Below are positions 1 to 10,196 of a DNA stretch of 64,000 bases, piece after piece. The stretch spans positions 3,573 to 67,572 of the forward strand of contig CAZBAJ010000001.1 in the NCBI GenBank assembly GCA_964490125.1. The letters run 5' to 3'. The notes beneath the pieces were generated by a model, which was not told where the DNA came from, searched no databases, and saw only the letters and a list, made by a program, of their open reading frames with translations. The stretch comes from an uncultured Candidatus Saccharibacteria bacterium. GTDB lineage: Bacteria > Patescibacteriota > WWE3 > UBA101185 > UBA10185. The first letter of the stretch is position 1; each line of letters starts with the position of its first letter. Made by a program: the position numbers and the translations under genes.

Positions 1-2
1 AA

Positions 3-218
3 GACACCGGCTCGCCGGAGGTCCAAATAGCCTTGCTTACGCATAAAATCGACACTTTGTCGGAGCATTTAAAAGTCCACAAAAAAGATAATTCTTCTAG
101 GCGGGGGCTTTTGCAAATGGTGGGTAAGAGGCGCAGGCTAATGACTTATTTAAAAAAGAAAGATGCTGACAGGTTTGAAAAAACCACCAAAAAGGGCAAA
201 AAAGAACCCAAAAAATAA
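3..218 (+). CDS. rpsO: 30S ribosomal protein S15 (5' truncated by window edge)
   Basis: Frame reads [41 protein letters not shown]; lies upstream of pnp as is typical. Confidence 0.97.
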   Translation, partial: DTGSPEVQIALLTHKIDTLSEHLKVHKKDNSSRRGLLQMVGKRRRLMTYLKKKDADRFEKTTKKGKKEPKK

Positions 219-245
219 ACGGGTGCAAGTGTCTTCCACAAAAGT

Positions 246-2498
246 ATGACTAACATTATAAAAAAAGAAATTGACTTTGCGGGCAAAAAGCTTGTGTTAG
301 AAACAGGTCAATTGGCTATTCAGGCTGACTTGGCGGTTAAGGCAAGTTTTGGCGACACAGTAGTTTTGGCAACCGCCGTTAGTGGCGCACCCAACCCGGA
401 TATAGATTTTTTCCCGCTCACTATTAATTACGAAGAAAAACTCTACGCCAGTGGACAAATAAAGTCTTCCAGGTTTGTAAAAAGGGACGGTAGACCCACG
501 GATGACGCGGTAATTGTCAAGCGACTTATTGACCATGCCGTTCGTCCGCTTTTTCCCGGTGATTATATGGATGAGGTTCAGGTTACCTGTACCGTTTTAT
601 CTTTAGACCCACACAGCGACCCCGAGTTTTTAAGCATGATTGCCGTTTCTGCCTGTCTGCATGCGTCAAAGATTCCTTGGCGTGGTCCCATGACTTCTGC
701 TCGGGTGGGTTTTGTGGACGGGGCTTATGTTTTGTGTCCGCCGGTGTATGAAACCAAACCGGATACCAAAATAGACATGATGGTTTCTTTTGCCGGTGAG
801 GATAGAAAATACCTTGCCATGGAGGCAGAAATCGACATATTGCCGGAGGAAAAAGTTTTAGGCGCTATCGATTTTGCCCGCGATAATTTAGAACCTGTGG
901 TTGCGCTAATTAACGACTTTGCTGAAGTGGTTAATCCAAACGGAGAAAAGTATGTTTATGTTTCCAAAAAGGTTGACCCAGAAATGCTTAACGAGGTTAA
1001 AGCCTTAATAAAGGATAGAGTGGCGGAAATGATGGATCAGGCATTTGACAAATTAAAGATAAAAGAGCGACAAGAATTGCTAAAAGCGGAGTTATTTGAA
1101 AAATTTGCGGGTAAGTATAAAAAGAGCGACTTGGCAAGAGCATTTGACGAGGTGGAGAAACACATCTTGCAAGAAACTATATTAGATAAAAATAAGCGCC
1201 CGGATGGTCGTGGACCTTTGGAAATTCGTCCGTTGGAGGCAAGCGTGGGCGTTTTACCAAGAACCCACGGGAGCGCGCTATTTTTTAGAGGTGTCACGCA
1301 AACTTTGACTGTGGCAACTTTAGGGTCAACTTCTTTAGAATTGTTTATTCAAAATATGTACGGCGAGCGCACAAAGAGGTTTATCCATTATTATAATTTT
1401 CCACCGTTTTCCGTTGGAGAAACTGGTAGGACGGGTAGTCCGGGTTCCAGGGAAATTGGTCATGGAATGCTGGCGGAAAAAGCTTTAAGACCGGTAATTC
1501 CGGAGCAGGATGAGTTTCCGTACATGATAATTTTAGTGTCAGAAACTTTGTCGTCCAGCGGATCCAGCTCTATGGCGTCAACCTGCAGTTCTACCTTAGC
1601 TTTAATGGATGCCGGCGTACCTATTAAAGACATTGTTGGTGGCGTAGGCGTAGGTCTTATTACCAACGATGATTTTACCAAGCATGTTATTTTAACGGAC
1701 TTGGCTTATATGGAAGACGCGTTTGGGTTTTTGGACTTTAAGATGACAGGCACTCGCACAGGCGTTACAGCAATCCAAAGTGATATGAAGTTGCCAGGAA
1801 TTCCTATGCACTTATTGCCAAAGATTTTTGAACAGTCGCGCGAGGCTAGGTTAAAAGTAATAGATTTATTGGAGCAGACCATTGCCAAACCACGGCAAGA
1901 AGTTAGCAAGTACGCTCCAAAAGTCATGTCGGTAAAAATTGACCCGGCAAAGATTGGTATGGTTATTGGTTCCGGTGGTAAGACTATAAAAGAGATTGAA
2001 GCAAAAACGGGTTGTGTTTTGGGTATTGAGGACGACGGTAACATTGCGGTTTCTGGTAATGATGAAGAAAAAGTAAAACTGGCTACAGAAATGATTTTAG
2101 GTATTGTTAAGGAGGTTGAGGTGGGAGAAATTTATGACGGCACGGTGCGGGAGGTTGTGGATTTTGGTGCCTTTGTAAACATTTTACCGGGTAAAGATGG
2201 TTTGTTACATGTTAGCGAGATGTCCGGCGAGTTTATAAGTGACCCCAGGTCGGTAATTAAAGAAGGCGATCCGGTTAAAGTTAAAGTTATTGGCGTTGGT
2301 ATGGACGGTAAAATTTCTCTTTCCAAAAAAGCTCTAGAACCGGGTTATGTGCCAAGTGAGCGACCAAGCGGGGGCGGTCGCAGGTCTTCTTCCTTTACTA
2401 GATATCCTGATGACGGACGCAGGTCTACAAATAGACCTCCACGCGATTTTGGCGGTGACCGCGACCGCCCCCGTCGCCCAAGATCTTTTAGCAGGTAG
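246..2498 (+). CDS. pnp: Polyribonucleotide nucleotidyltransferase (PNPase)
   Basis: DFFPLTINYEEK, RTHGSALF, HYYNFPPFSVGE, REIGHG, KH and S1 domains; Arg/Pro-rich tail. Confidence 0.98.
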   Translation: MTNIIKKEIDFAGKKLVLETGQLAIQADLAVKASFGDTVVLATAVSGAPNPDIDFFPLTINYEEKLYASGQIKSSRFVKRDGRPTDDAVIVKRLIDHAVRPLFPGDYMDEVQVTCTVLSLDPHSDPEFLSMIAVSACLHASKIPWRGPMTSARVGFVDGAYVLCPPVYETKPDTKIDMMVSFAGEDRKYLAMEAEIDILPEEKVLGAIDFARDNLEPVVALINDFAEVVNPNGEKYVYVSKKVDPEMLNEVKALIKDRVAEMMDQAFDKLKIKERQELLKAELFEKFAGKYKKSDLARAFDEVEKHILQETILDKNKRPDGRGPLEIRPLEASVGVLPRTHGSALFFRGVTQTLTVATLGSTSLELFIQNMYGERTKRFIHYYNFPPFSVGETGRTGSPGSREIGHGMLAEKALRPVIPEQDEFPYMIILVSETLSSSGSSSMASTCSSTLALMDAGVPIKDIVGGVGVGLITNDDFTKHVILTDLAYMEDAFGFLDFKMTGTRTGVTAIQSDMKLPGIPMHLLPKIFEQSREARLKVIDLLEQTIAKPRQEVSKYAPKVMSVKIDPAKIGMVIGSGGKTIKEIEAKTGCVLGIEDDGNIAVSGNDEEKVKLATEMILGIVKEVEVGEIYDGTVREVVDFGAFVNILPGKDGLLHVSEMSGEFISDPRSVIKEGDPVKVKVIGVGMDGKISLSKKALEPGYVPSERPSGGGRRSSSFTRYPDDGRRSTNRPPRDFGGDRDRPRRPRSFSR

Positions 2499-2553
2499 GG
2501 ACAGATTTACCCTTTGTGTTGTTATAAAGTAATCAGTCCTCTATAATCAAGTC

Positions 2554-3678
2554 ATGCCAGAAATAAAATTAGCTAAGTCCGACAAAAGCGTTATGTTCGA
2601 TAAGTCCATCCTCACAAGTCAGCCACAAAAATTTGAATTTGCAGAACTAGACGCGCTAGCCCAAAAAGTCGCCAAAGTTGAGGGCATGCCAAAAGAGTTA
2701 CGGGAGCGCATAGACAAAATGCTGAATCGGCTTAACCGCATGGCGCAAACCGGTGGTTACGCGGAGCAGTTTGACAATATTTCTCGGTATGTGGACACCG
2801 TGTCGTCAATTCCTTGGGTGGTTACAACTAAAGATCAACTGGACTTGGCAGAAACAAAAAAGTTGTTGGACAAAAATCACTTTGGCATGGAAACTACCAA
2901 AGAAAGAATTTTAGAATATTTGGCGACGATGAAACTGATGCAACGCCAGGGGGAGGACGCGGTGGCGCGCTCGCCAATTTTGCTGTTTGTAGGGCTCCAG
3001 GGTATTGGTAAAACTACTTTGGCAATTTCCATTGCAGAGGCGATGGGTCGCAAGTTTGTGCGTATCGCTATGGGCGCTATAGGTTCCGTTTTGGAGTTGC
3101 GTGGACGAAGTAAAGTGTATCCGGAGGCAGAACCGGGGCAAATTATTAAAGCGCTTATTAAAACCCAAGTGAAAAATCCGCTAATTTTGCTTGACGAAAT
3201 TGAAAAAGCTTCCGGCGAATCGGGTTTGCGGGCTGATGTTATGGCAACGCTTTTGGAAATTTTGGATCCCGCGCAAAACATCGAGTTTAGAGATCATTAT
3301 GTGGACTTTCCCGTCGACCTTAGCGATGTCATGTTTATTTGTTCTGCTAACAATTTAGGTACACTCTCCACCGCGCTTATGGACAGGATGGAGATCATCA
3401 AGCTTACTTCGTACACCGATCCGGAAAAAATTGCTATCGCTAGGGATTATTTATTTCCTAAAGTCGTTGCTAAATCAGGGCTTCAACCGGAGGAGCTTAA
3501 AATTGACCCGGATTTGTGGCCAAATATTGTACGACCATTTGGGTTTGATTCCGGCATTAGAAGTTTAAATCGTACGCTTGACGCTATTTGTAGAAAAGTC
3601 GCCAAAGAGATTGTGGAAGGCAAGTCGACTAGTGTTACTATAAACGCGTCAAACCTAAAGGAATATTTGCCAAAATAG
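2554..3678 (+). CDS. Lon-type AAA+ ATPase lacking the N-terminal and protease domains
   Basis: KERILEYLA, Walker A GLQGIGKT, NPLILLDEIEK, LLEILDPAQN.EFRDHY; ends before the Ser-Lys protease domain. Confidence 0.9.
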   Translation: MPEIKLAKSDKSVMFDKSILTSQPQKFEFAELDALAQKVAKVEGMPKELRERIDKMLNRLNRMAQTGGYAEQFDNISRYVDTVSSIPWVVTTKDQLDLAETKKLLDKNHFGMETTKERILEYLATMKLMQRQGEDAVARSPILLFVGLQGIGKTTLAISIAEAMGRKFVRIAMGAIGSVLELRGRSKVYPEAEPGQIIKALIKTQVKNPLILLDEIEKASGESGLRADVMATLLEILDPAQNIEFRDHYVDFPVDLSDVMFICSANNLGTLSTALMDRMEIIKLTSYTDPEKIAIARDYLFPKVVAKSGLQPEELKIDPDLWPNIVRPFGFDSGIRSLNRTLDAICRKVAKEIVEGKSTSVTINASNLKEYLPK

Positions 3679-3704
3679 GCCCAGGTCGATTGGTAATTAA
3701 ATCA

Positions 3705-4370
3705 ATGGATAAAGAGTTTTTACTTAAAGAAATTGAGAAGAGTATTAAAAGTTGCACCAAGTGTCGACTTTATAAAACCGCCACAAATGCCGTACCCGGT
3801 GAGGGAAATCCCAATAGCCAACTTGTATTTATAGGTGAGGCGCCAGGAGAAACCGAAGATCAAACCGGTCGACCTTTTGTGGGGCGGGCGGGGCGACTTT
3901 TGGAAACCTTACTTGCAAAAATCGGTTACAAGCGGGAAGATGTTTGGATTGGCAATATTATTAAGCACCGCCCGCCCCAAAACCGCGATCCGCTCCCCGA
4001 CGAAATCCTAGCCTGTCAACCTTACCTTGCCGAGCAACTAAAAATCATGTCGCCCAAACTTATTGTTACACTTGGTCGCTTTGCCTTGTCACACTTTTAT
4101 AGTGATGGTAAAATATCCCGTGATAAAGGAAATTTGATTCAAACTGCCAAGTTTAGCGTTTTTCCCGTTTATCACCCGGCGGCTGCTTTAAGAAGTCCAC
4201 AAATGTATAAAGACCTAGAAAACGATTTTTTAAAAATTCCGGCGGTTTTGGCAAATTTAGCCCTTACAAAAAATCTAAAACAGGGTAAACTAAATATGTC
4301 GACAAATTTGGAGAAAGGGAACAAGCAACCGTACGACAACGAGAAAGACGGTCAACAAAGACTTATATAG
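3705..4370 (+). CDS. Uracil-DNA glycosylase family 4
   Basis: CTKCRL, GEAPG, GRPFVGRAG, RPPQNRDP, YHPAAALR. Confidence 0.95.
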   Translation: MDKEFLLKEIEKSIKSCTKCRLYKTATNAVPGEGNPNSQLVFIGEAPGETEDQTGRPFVGRAGRLLETLLAKIGYKREDVWIGNIIKHRPPQNRDPLPDEILACQPYLAEQLKIMSPKLIVTLGRFALSHFYSDGKISRDKGNLIQTAKFSVFPVYHPAAALRSPQMYKDLENDFLKIPAVLANLALTKNLKQGKLNMSTNLEKGNKQPYDNEKDGQQRLI

Positions 4371-4372
4371 CT

Positions 4373-6070
4373 ATGCAATTATACGACTCTAATGCCGGCA
4401 AGCCCGCGCTTAAAATAATAACCTTAAGTGGTACAGAAAATGTCACCAAAAATTTAACCGTTTATGATTGTGGCGACGATATTATCGCGGTTGATTGTGG
4501 GATAGGCTTTCCCGATTCCGATATGCGTGGTGTGGATCTAGTTTTGCCGGATTTTACCTATCTAAAAGAAAACTCCCACCGATTTAAAGCGCTGTTTATA
4601 ACCCACGGACATGAGGATCATTTGGGCGCGGTACCTTACCTATTGCAGGAAGTTAATGTACCAATTTATTCGTCCCAACTTGTTTTGGGTTTTCTAACGG
4701 ACAGACTTAAAGAAAAATTTGACGAAAAACTTACCGGCATTTCTCTAAACACGCTTGACCCTACTACCAAAGATGTCCAGATTGGCAATTTTAAGGTGTC
4801 GGCTTTTAGAATTAACCACAGCGTTCCGCGTTCCATGGGTTTAGCTATTACTACGCCTCAAGGCACGGTTTTGCACATGGCGGACTATAAAATTGACTGG
4901 ACGCCGGTATTAGACCAGCCTATTGACCTTGGAAAAATTGCCCGCTACGGGGATGACGGGGTTTTGTGTTTACTGTCTGACTGTTTGGGGGCGACTACGG
5001 AAGGCTACTCAAAGTCGGAACAAACTCTAAACGATACTTTTGGCGATCTTTTTGAAGAAAAAGAAGGCAGGCAAATGCTTATAACCACCATCTCGTCAAA
5101 CATTTCCAGAATGCACCAAATTATTGTCGCTGCGCTAAAGCATAATCGTAAAATCGTTTTAGCAGGTCGGTCCATAGACCAAAGTATGCGGGTTGCTATG
5201 AATTTAGGTTATGTTAATTACGACAAGGATATTTTTGTGTCCGATAAAGACGCGTCAAGCTTTGCCAAAAATGAATTGGTATATATTATTGCCGGCTGTT
5301 ACGGTCAACAGGGTTCCGCGTTGGATAGGGTAGCTCGTAATCAGCACGACAATATACAGTTGCAGAAAGATGCGGTGGTAATTTTTTCCGCTGACCCCAG
5401 TCCGCCAAGTGTAAGAGAAGATGTTGAGCGACTTATTGATACGCTGACTCTTGAAGGCGCGGAGGTTATTTACGGCGCTATTCAGGAAAATTTGCATGTT
5501 TCTGGTCATGGCCCGCGCGGGGATTTAATTACTGTTGCCAGTGTTGCCCGGCCAAAATATTTTATTCCTATTGGCGGAACCGTTTCTAAAATGCGTGCTT
5601 ACACCAACATGGTAGAGGCCTTAGGTTACACAGAAAAATCGGTTTTTGAATCGCGTGAGGGCGAGTCCGTAATCTTTGAAAACGGTCAAGCTAAAAAAGG
5701 TCCCACAATAGAAACAGAGCTTATTATGGTAGGACAAAATGGGGAAGGTGAAATCCACGAAACTGTTGTAAAAGACCGCCAACGACTAGCTAACGACGGT
5801 GTTTTTGTGGTCATTCTGCCGGTGTCCAAAGATAAAAAGAAGTTGGTGGGCAAAGTAGAGGCGGTTACTAGAGGCTTTGTGTTTGTAAAGGAGTCTAAAG
5901 AACTTTTGGACAAGTCGACCCAGTTTGTAACAAAAGCCTTTGAAAAACACATAGCCAAAAGCGACGATTGGGGTCACTTGCGTTTTAAACTAGAGCGGGA
6001 AATCCAACAATATCTCCAAAAAGAAACCGGTGCCACACCATTGGTACTAGTCCACTCGATTGTGGTTTAG
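4373..6070 (+). CDS. rnj: Ribonuclease J
   Basis: THGHEDHLG metallo-beta-lactamase motif, NHS, DYKIDWTP, HVSGHG. Confidence 0.95.
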   Translation: MQLYDSNAGKPALKIITLSGTENVTKNLTVYDCGDDIIAVDCGIGFPDSDMRGVDLVLPDFTYLKENSHRFKALFITHGHEDHLGAVPYLLQEVNVPIYSSQLVLGFLTDRLKEKFDEKLTGISLNTLDPTTKDVQIGNFKVSAFRINHSVPRSMGLAITTPQGTVLHMADYKIDWTPVLDQPIDLGKIARYGDDGVLCLLSDCLGATTEGYSKSEQTLNDTFGDLFEEKEGRQMLITTISSNISRMHQIIVAALKHNRKIVLAGRSIDQSMRVAMNLGYVNYDKDIFVSDKDASSFAKNELVYIIAGCYGQQGSALDRVARNQHDNIQLQKDAVVIFSADPSPPSVREDVERLIDTLTLEGAEVIYGAIQENLHVSGHGPRGDLITVASVARPKYFIPIGGTVSKMRAYTNMVEALGYTEKSVFESREGESVIFENGQAKKGPTIETELIMVGQNGEGEIHETVVKDRQRLANDGVFVVILPVSKDKKKLVGKVEAVTRGFVFVKESKELLDKSTQFVTKAFEKHIAKSDDWGHLRFKLEREIQQYLQKETGATPLVLVHSIVV

Positions 6071-6102
6071 AGTTACTCCCAGAAAATGGTATTATATCCG
6101 TA

Positions 6103-8367
6103 ATGCCTAGAGGACGAAAAAAGTCGTTAAAATTTAAGCTAAAAGCGGATACCTTTAAATCCATTGTAGGGATCTTTTTTATTTTCTTTTCCGCCCTATC
6201 GTATGTGGCGTTTGTTCTGCCCGACTACTCCGTCAACAGTACCATTAACGCCGTTTATCGAAGATTTTTTGGTTACAGCGCGTATTTAATTCCGCTCCTC
6301 TTTTTATTTTCCGGTTTATTATTAGTAGGTTTTAGGTGGCGACTTTTGCAGGCGCGGATTTTTATTGGCATTTTGGCGGTAGCAATTTCGTCGTCCGCCT
6401 TACTGCATGTATTTTATTCCGGCAAAGAGGCGTACAAGGTGGCAGTTAGGGGCGACGGTGGGGGACTTATCGGCTATAAACTTTCTCAAGGGCTTTCCGA
6501 TGCCATTAGCACCTACGGCGCCTTTTTTGTTTTTGGCTTTATTTTGCTTGCCGGTGTGCTACTGCTTAGCGACATTTCCACCGAACGGGTAATTGAGTTT
6601 GTTAATAATCTGGTCGACAAAATAAAAGGTGTTAAAATGCCAAATTTAGGATTAAAGTTGCCCGCTTTAGCCAAAACCGCAATCTCCACCGTACCCGCTA
6701 CTATTATAGAGGCCGACGCAGTGGTTATAAATGAGGAACCAAAATCAGTCGCGTCTAAAGAAGTCGCACAAGAAACAAGCCCAGTGGAGATTTTACCCCC
6801 GCCGTCCGAACCCGCGTCGCAAAAACTAAACGGAGCTTTAATAACAACGGACAAGGGTAAAACGGAGCTTACCACTTTAGCCCCAACGGAAAAAGATCCA
6901 AGCAGTCTGCCTTATTCCAATAAGGTTTGGGAATACCCGCCCCACGACCTGTTGGTAGAAGCGCCTCATACCACCTTTGACACCAACGAAGTCAAACGCC
7001 GACAAAAAACCATAGAGGAAACCCTAAAAAGTTTTGGCATTCGCGTGGATCAGGCAGGCTACAATGTTGGACCAACCGTTACCCAGTACGCCTACAGTGT
7101 TCCGCCAGGCACCCGGATTGCCAAAATTAACAATTTGCAGGTAGATCTTGCCATGGCGCTTGAGTCCCCAACTGGTTCCGTGCGGTTAGAAATTCCTATT
7201 CCCGGGCGCAATGCTATTGGTGTGGAAGTCCCTAATTTAATAAAAAGTTTTGTCTATTTTAAGGATATTTTGGACAGCGACCAAATGAAGGCCATGAAGT
7301 CCAAAATCTCCGTGGGCCTGGGCAAAGATGTTGGTGGTATGGTGCGTACTTACGACATAGCCAAAATGCCTCACTTGTTAGTGGCGGGTGCTACGGGTTC
7401 GGGCAAATCAGTATTTTTGCACTCTATTTTGTTTTCCATTTTGTATCGGGCTAGTCCGCAAGAAGTCAAATTTATTTTAATCGACCCCAAAAGAGTAGAG
7501 CTACTTAATTATAATGGTATTCCACATTTAATTTCCCCGGTCATTACCGACATGGAAAAAGCCCCCAGTGCCTTTAGATGGGCGGTTAACGAGATGACCC
7601 GGAGGTATCAATTGTTTGAAAAAGCCCGCGCCCGCAACATAGACTCCTATAATGAAAAATCGGGTTTTCAGGCGCTACCGCACATTATTATAATGGTAGA
7701 CGAGCTGGCCGACTTAATGGTAGTAGATCCGGCATCGGTGGAGCACAGCATTGTGCGACTAAGTCAGCTTTCCCGCGCTACGGGTATTCATATGATTTTA
7801 ACCGTCCAACGCCCGTCCACAGATATTTTAACAGGTGTTATTAAAGCTAATATTCCTTGTCGCGCTGCGTTTAATGTTACTTCCCAAGTAGACTCGCGGG
7901 TTATTATTGACCAAGCCGGCGCAGAAAAATTAGTGGGTAGAGGGGATATGCTTTTTGTTCCGCCCGATGTCGCAAAGCCTATTAGAATTCAGGGTTGTTG
8001 GATTAGCGATGGGGAAATTGGCAAACTGGTGGACTGGTTAAGAAATACCGGCTTTATTCCGGATTATAAAGAAGAAGTTTTGGATACTCCGGATGAAGAA
8101 AAAAAGTCCGGGGCTACAATAGACGGTAAAGAGGTAGACGAAAGATACGAAGAAGCTAAAGATGTGGTTATAACTACCGGCAAAGCGTCCACCTCCTTTT
8201 TACAACGCCGGCTGTCTCTTGGTTACGCTAGGGCTGCCAGAATTATGGATCAACTTCAGGAAAATGGCGTAATTTCCGCGCAGGAAGCGGGTAGAGATCG
8301 CCAAGTTTTAATATCGTCAAACGGAAATAACAGGGATTTAGATTTTATTGACAATCTACCCGAGTAA
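6103..8367 (+). CDS. ftsK: DNA translocase FtsK
   Basis: N-terminal TM segments, PHLLVAGATGSGKS, IDPKRVEL, VDELADLM, C-terminal gamma domain LQRRLSLGYARAAR. Confidence 0.96.
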   Translation: MPRGRKKSLKFKLKADTFKSIVGIFFIFFSALSYVAFVLPDYSVNSTINAVYRRFFGYSAYLIPLLFLFSGLLLVGFRWRLLQARIFIGILAVAISSSALLHVFYSGKEAYKVAVRGDGGGLIGYKLSQGLSDAISTYGAFFVFGFILLAGVLLLSDISTERVIEFVNNLVDKIKGVKMPNLGLKLPALAKTAISTVPATIIEADAVVINEEPKSVASKEVAQETSPVEILPPPSEPASQKLNGALITTDKGKTELTTLAPTEKDPSSLPYSNKVWEYPPHDLLVEAPHTTFDTNEVKRRQKTIEETLKSFGIRVDQAGYNVGPTVTQYAYSVPPGTRIAKINNLQVDLAMALESPTGSVRLEIPIPGRNAIGVEVPNLIKSFVYFKDILDSDQMKAMKSKISVGLGKDVGGMVRTYDIAKMPHLLVAGATGSGKSVFLHSILFSILYRASPQEVKFILIDPKRVELLNYNGIPHLISPVITDMEKAPSAFRWAVNEMTRRYQLFEKARARNIDSYNEKSGFQALPHIIIMVDELADLMVVDPASVEHSIVRLSQLSRATGIHMILTVQRPSTDILTGVIKANIPCRAAFNVTSQVDSRVIIDQAGAEKLVGRGDMLFVPPDVAKPIRIQGCWISDGEIGKLVDWLRNTGFIPDYKEEVLDTPDEEKKSGATIDGKEVDERYEEAKDVVITTGKASTSFLQRRLSLGYARAARIMDQLQENGVISAQEAGRDRQVLISSNGNNRDLDFIDNLPE

Positions 8368-8389
8368 TGAAATACTCAAACTACTGCCT

Positions 8390-8659
8390 ATGGATATTCA
8401 ACTTGCCTTTGTAATATTGGTCGCTTTGCTTACTGGTTCTGCCATTGTGGTTAGTGTGTATGTAATTTTTGTTTTAAAAGATTTCCGTTTAACTATTCAA
8501 AAAGCTAATTCAATTTTGGACGACGCCCAGCAGGTTACGGATTCCGTTAAACGCCCGGTTAGTAGCATTATGAGTTTGGTGGACGGGGCAGTGCGGGGAA
8601 TTAAAGCAGCAAAGAGTGTTAAATCCATTGTTAGTTTGTGGGATAAGGAGGAAAAATAA
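8390..8659 (+). CDS. Small membrane protein, DUF948/YoxC-like
   Basis: N-terminal TM helix followed by coiled coil; directly precedes a YtxH-like gene; ATG at 8390 chosen. Confidence 0.65.
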   Translation: MDIQLAFVILVALLTGSAIVVSVYVIFVLKDFRLTIQKANSILDDAQQVTDSVKRPVSSIMSLVDGAVRGIKAAKSVKSIVSLWDKEEK

Positions 8660-9124
8660 ATGTGTAACGACAATAAAAATTCATCGGCGGTTAGTTTTGG
8701 TTTGGGTGCTTTAATTGGGGCCGGTGCGGGAGTATTTTTGTCGACTAAAAAAGGCAGAAAAATGGTAAAACAGGCGTGGAAGCAAGTAGAGCCGTATGTT
8801 GGCGACGCGGTAGACACGGCAAAAGATGAGTTTGAGGAAGTAAAAGGCAAAGCTAAAATTAAAGTGGAAGAATTAAAAGTAAAAGCGGAAGATTTTAGAC
8901 TAAAAGCAGAAGACACAGCGCAGGATTTAAAGCACAGGGCGGACGACGCACTTAGGGACTTTGAATCCAGAACGGAAAATTTTAAAGACCGCGCCGAGGA
9001 TTTTAAATCTAAGGCGGAGGATGAAGTAGATAGAAAAATTTCCCAAATTAGGGACATTGCGGACGAAAAGTTACCACCTTCGTTCAAGAAACCCGTAAAA
9101 CGAACCTTCTTCAAAGGTGTTTAA
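8660..9124 (+). CDS. YtxH-domain protein
   Basis: FGLGALIGAGAGVFLSTKKG motif plus repetitive charged helix. Confidence 0.85.
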   Translation: MCNDNKNSSAVSFGLGALIGAGAGVFLSTKKGRKMVKQAWKQVEPYVGDAVDTAKDEFEEVKGKAKIKVEELKVKAEDFRLKAEDTAQDLKHRADDALRDFESRTENFKDRAEDFKSKAEDEVDRKISQIRDIADEKLPPSFKKPVKRTFFKGV

Positions 9125-9196
9125 GAGTGGGTATTTCTAATTTTTATTTTATCAGTACATATTCCAAGACAGCTTTTCAGTGTGTATAATGTTCCC

Positions 9197-10066
9197 ATGG
9201 AAATACCTACAAAGAAATTGAAGTGTGGTTTTGAAATGCCTGTTTACGGTTTGGGAACTTGGCAGATGGGCGGAAGAAAGGAAGCCGATCCACTAAACGA
9301 CGATAAAGCCGACATCGATGCGATTAGATACGCAATAGATCGTGGGGTTACCCACTTGGATACGGCAGAAAATTACGCAGCGGGTCATTCGGAAGAATTG
9401 TTGGGGCAGGCAATAAAGGGTTACGACCGTGATAAATTGTTTATTGTTTCCAAAGTCGGTAGAACAAAACTTAAACACAACGATTTAATCCAGTCAGCTG
9501 AAGAAAGTTTAAAGAGAATAGGTACTGCTTACCTCGATCTTTTTTTGATCCACGCGCCTAGTTTGGAAATACCCATTCAGGAAAGTATGAAAGCTATGAA
9601 TGAGTTGTTAAAAAGAGGCTTGGTTAGAAATATCGGCGTGAGCAATTTTACTGTAGAAAGATTTGTCGAAGCCCAAAAATGTTCCGAGTCTAAGATTGTA
9701 GCTAACCAGCTACATTTAAACCTTAAATATAGGGAAGCGGAAAGAAAGGGACTGTTGAGATATTGTCAGGAAAACGATGTTATGTTTATTGCGTGGAGAC
9801 CTTTGCAGAAGGGGGTTCTTTTAGCTGAAACGCCCGCTATTTTGAAGGATATGTGCGACAAATACAATAAAACACCAAGTCAGATAGCCATAAATTGGCT
9901 AATTAGCCAGAACAATGTTGTGACTTTATCTAAGACAAGAGATAAAAGTCATCTGGACGAGAATCTTGGAGCTTTTGGTTGGGAGATGGATAAATCCGAT
10001 GTTGAGAAATTAAGGACGGAGTTTCCGAATCAAGAGGATGTTTCCGACGCCGTCCCTCTGGTTTAG
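9197..10066 (+). CDS. Aldo/keto reductase
   Basis: GLGTWQMGG, DTAENY, SKV, DLFLIHAP, IGVSNF. Confidence 0.95.
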   Translation: MEIPTKKLKCGFEMPVYGLGTWQMGGRKEADPLNDDKADIDAIRYAIDRGVTHLDTAENYAAGHSEELLGQAIKGYDRDKLFIVSKVGRTKLKHNDLIQSAEESLKRIGTAYLDLFLIHAPSLEIPIQESMKAMNELLKRGLVRNIGVSNFTVERFVEAQKCSESKIVANQLHLNLKYREAERKGLLRYCQENDVMFIAWRPLQKGVLLAETPAILKDMCDKYNKTPSQIAINWLISQNNVVTLSKTRDKSHLDENLGAFGWEMDKSDVEKLRTEFPNQEDVSDAVPLV

Positions 10067-10140
10067 TACCCCACCCTTTTGGCACTTTCTGGTTTTTTGT
10101 CCAGCTGTTAACGCCGTTACAACAAGGTTAAACGCCCCTC

Positions 10141-10190
10141 TGGACAAATATAAAATTGGACTTTACATTTGTCCAAGTAAGGTATAAACT
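10141..10190 (+). promoter_or_regulatory. sigma70 promoter (TTTACA-17-TAAACT) overlapped by inverted repeat TGGACAAAT..ATTTGTCCA
   Basis: -35 at 10162-10167, -10 at 10185-10190, ATG 6 nt later; repeat arms 10141-10149 and 10167-10175. Confidence 0.6.
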
Positions 10191-10196
10191 GCCAGT

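Noticed and set aside
8820-9060. Repetitive KAED(F/T/E) coding pattern
   Set aside because: Ordinary helical repeats of a YtxH-type protein, not a DNA repeat element.
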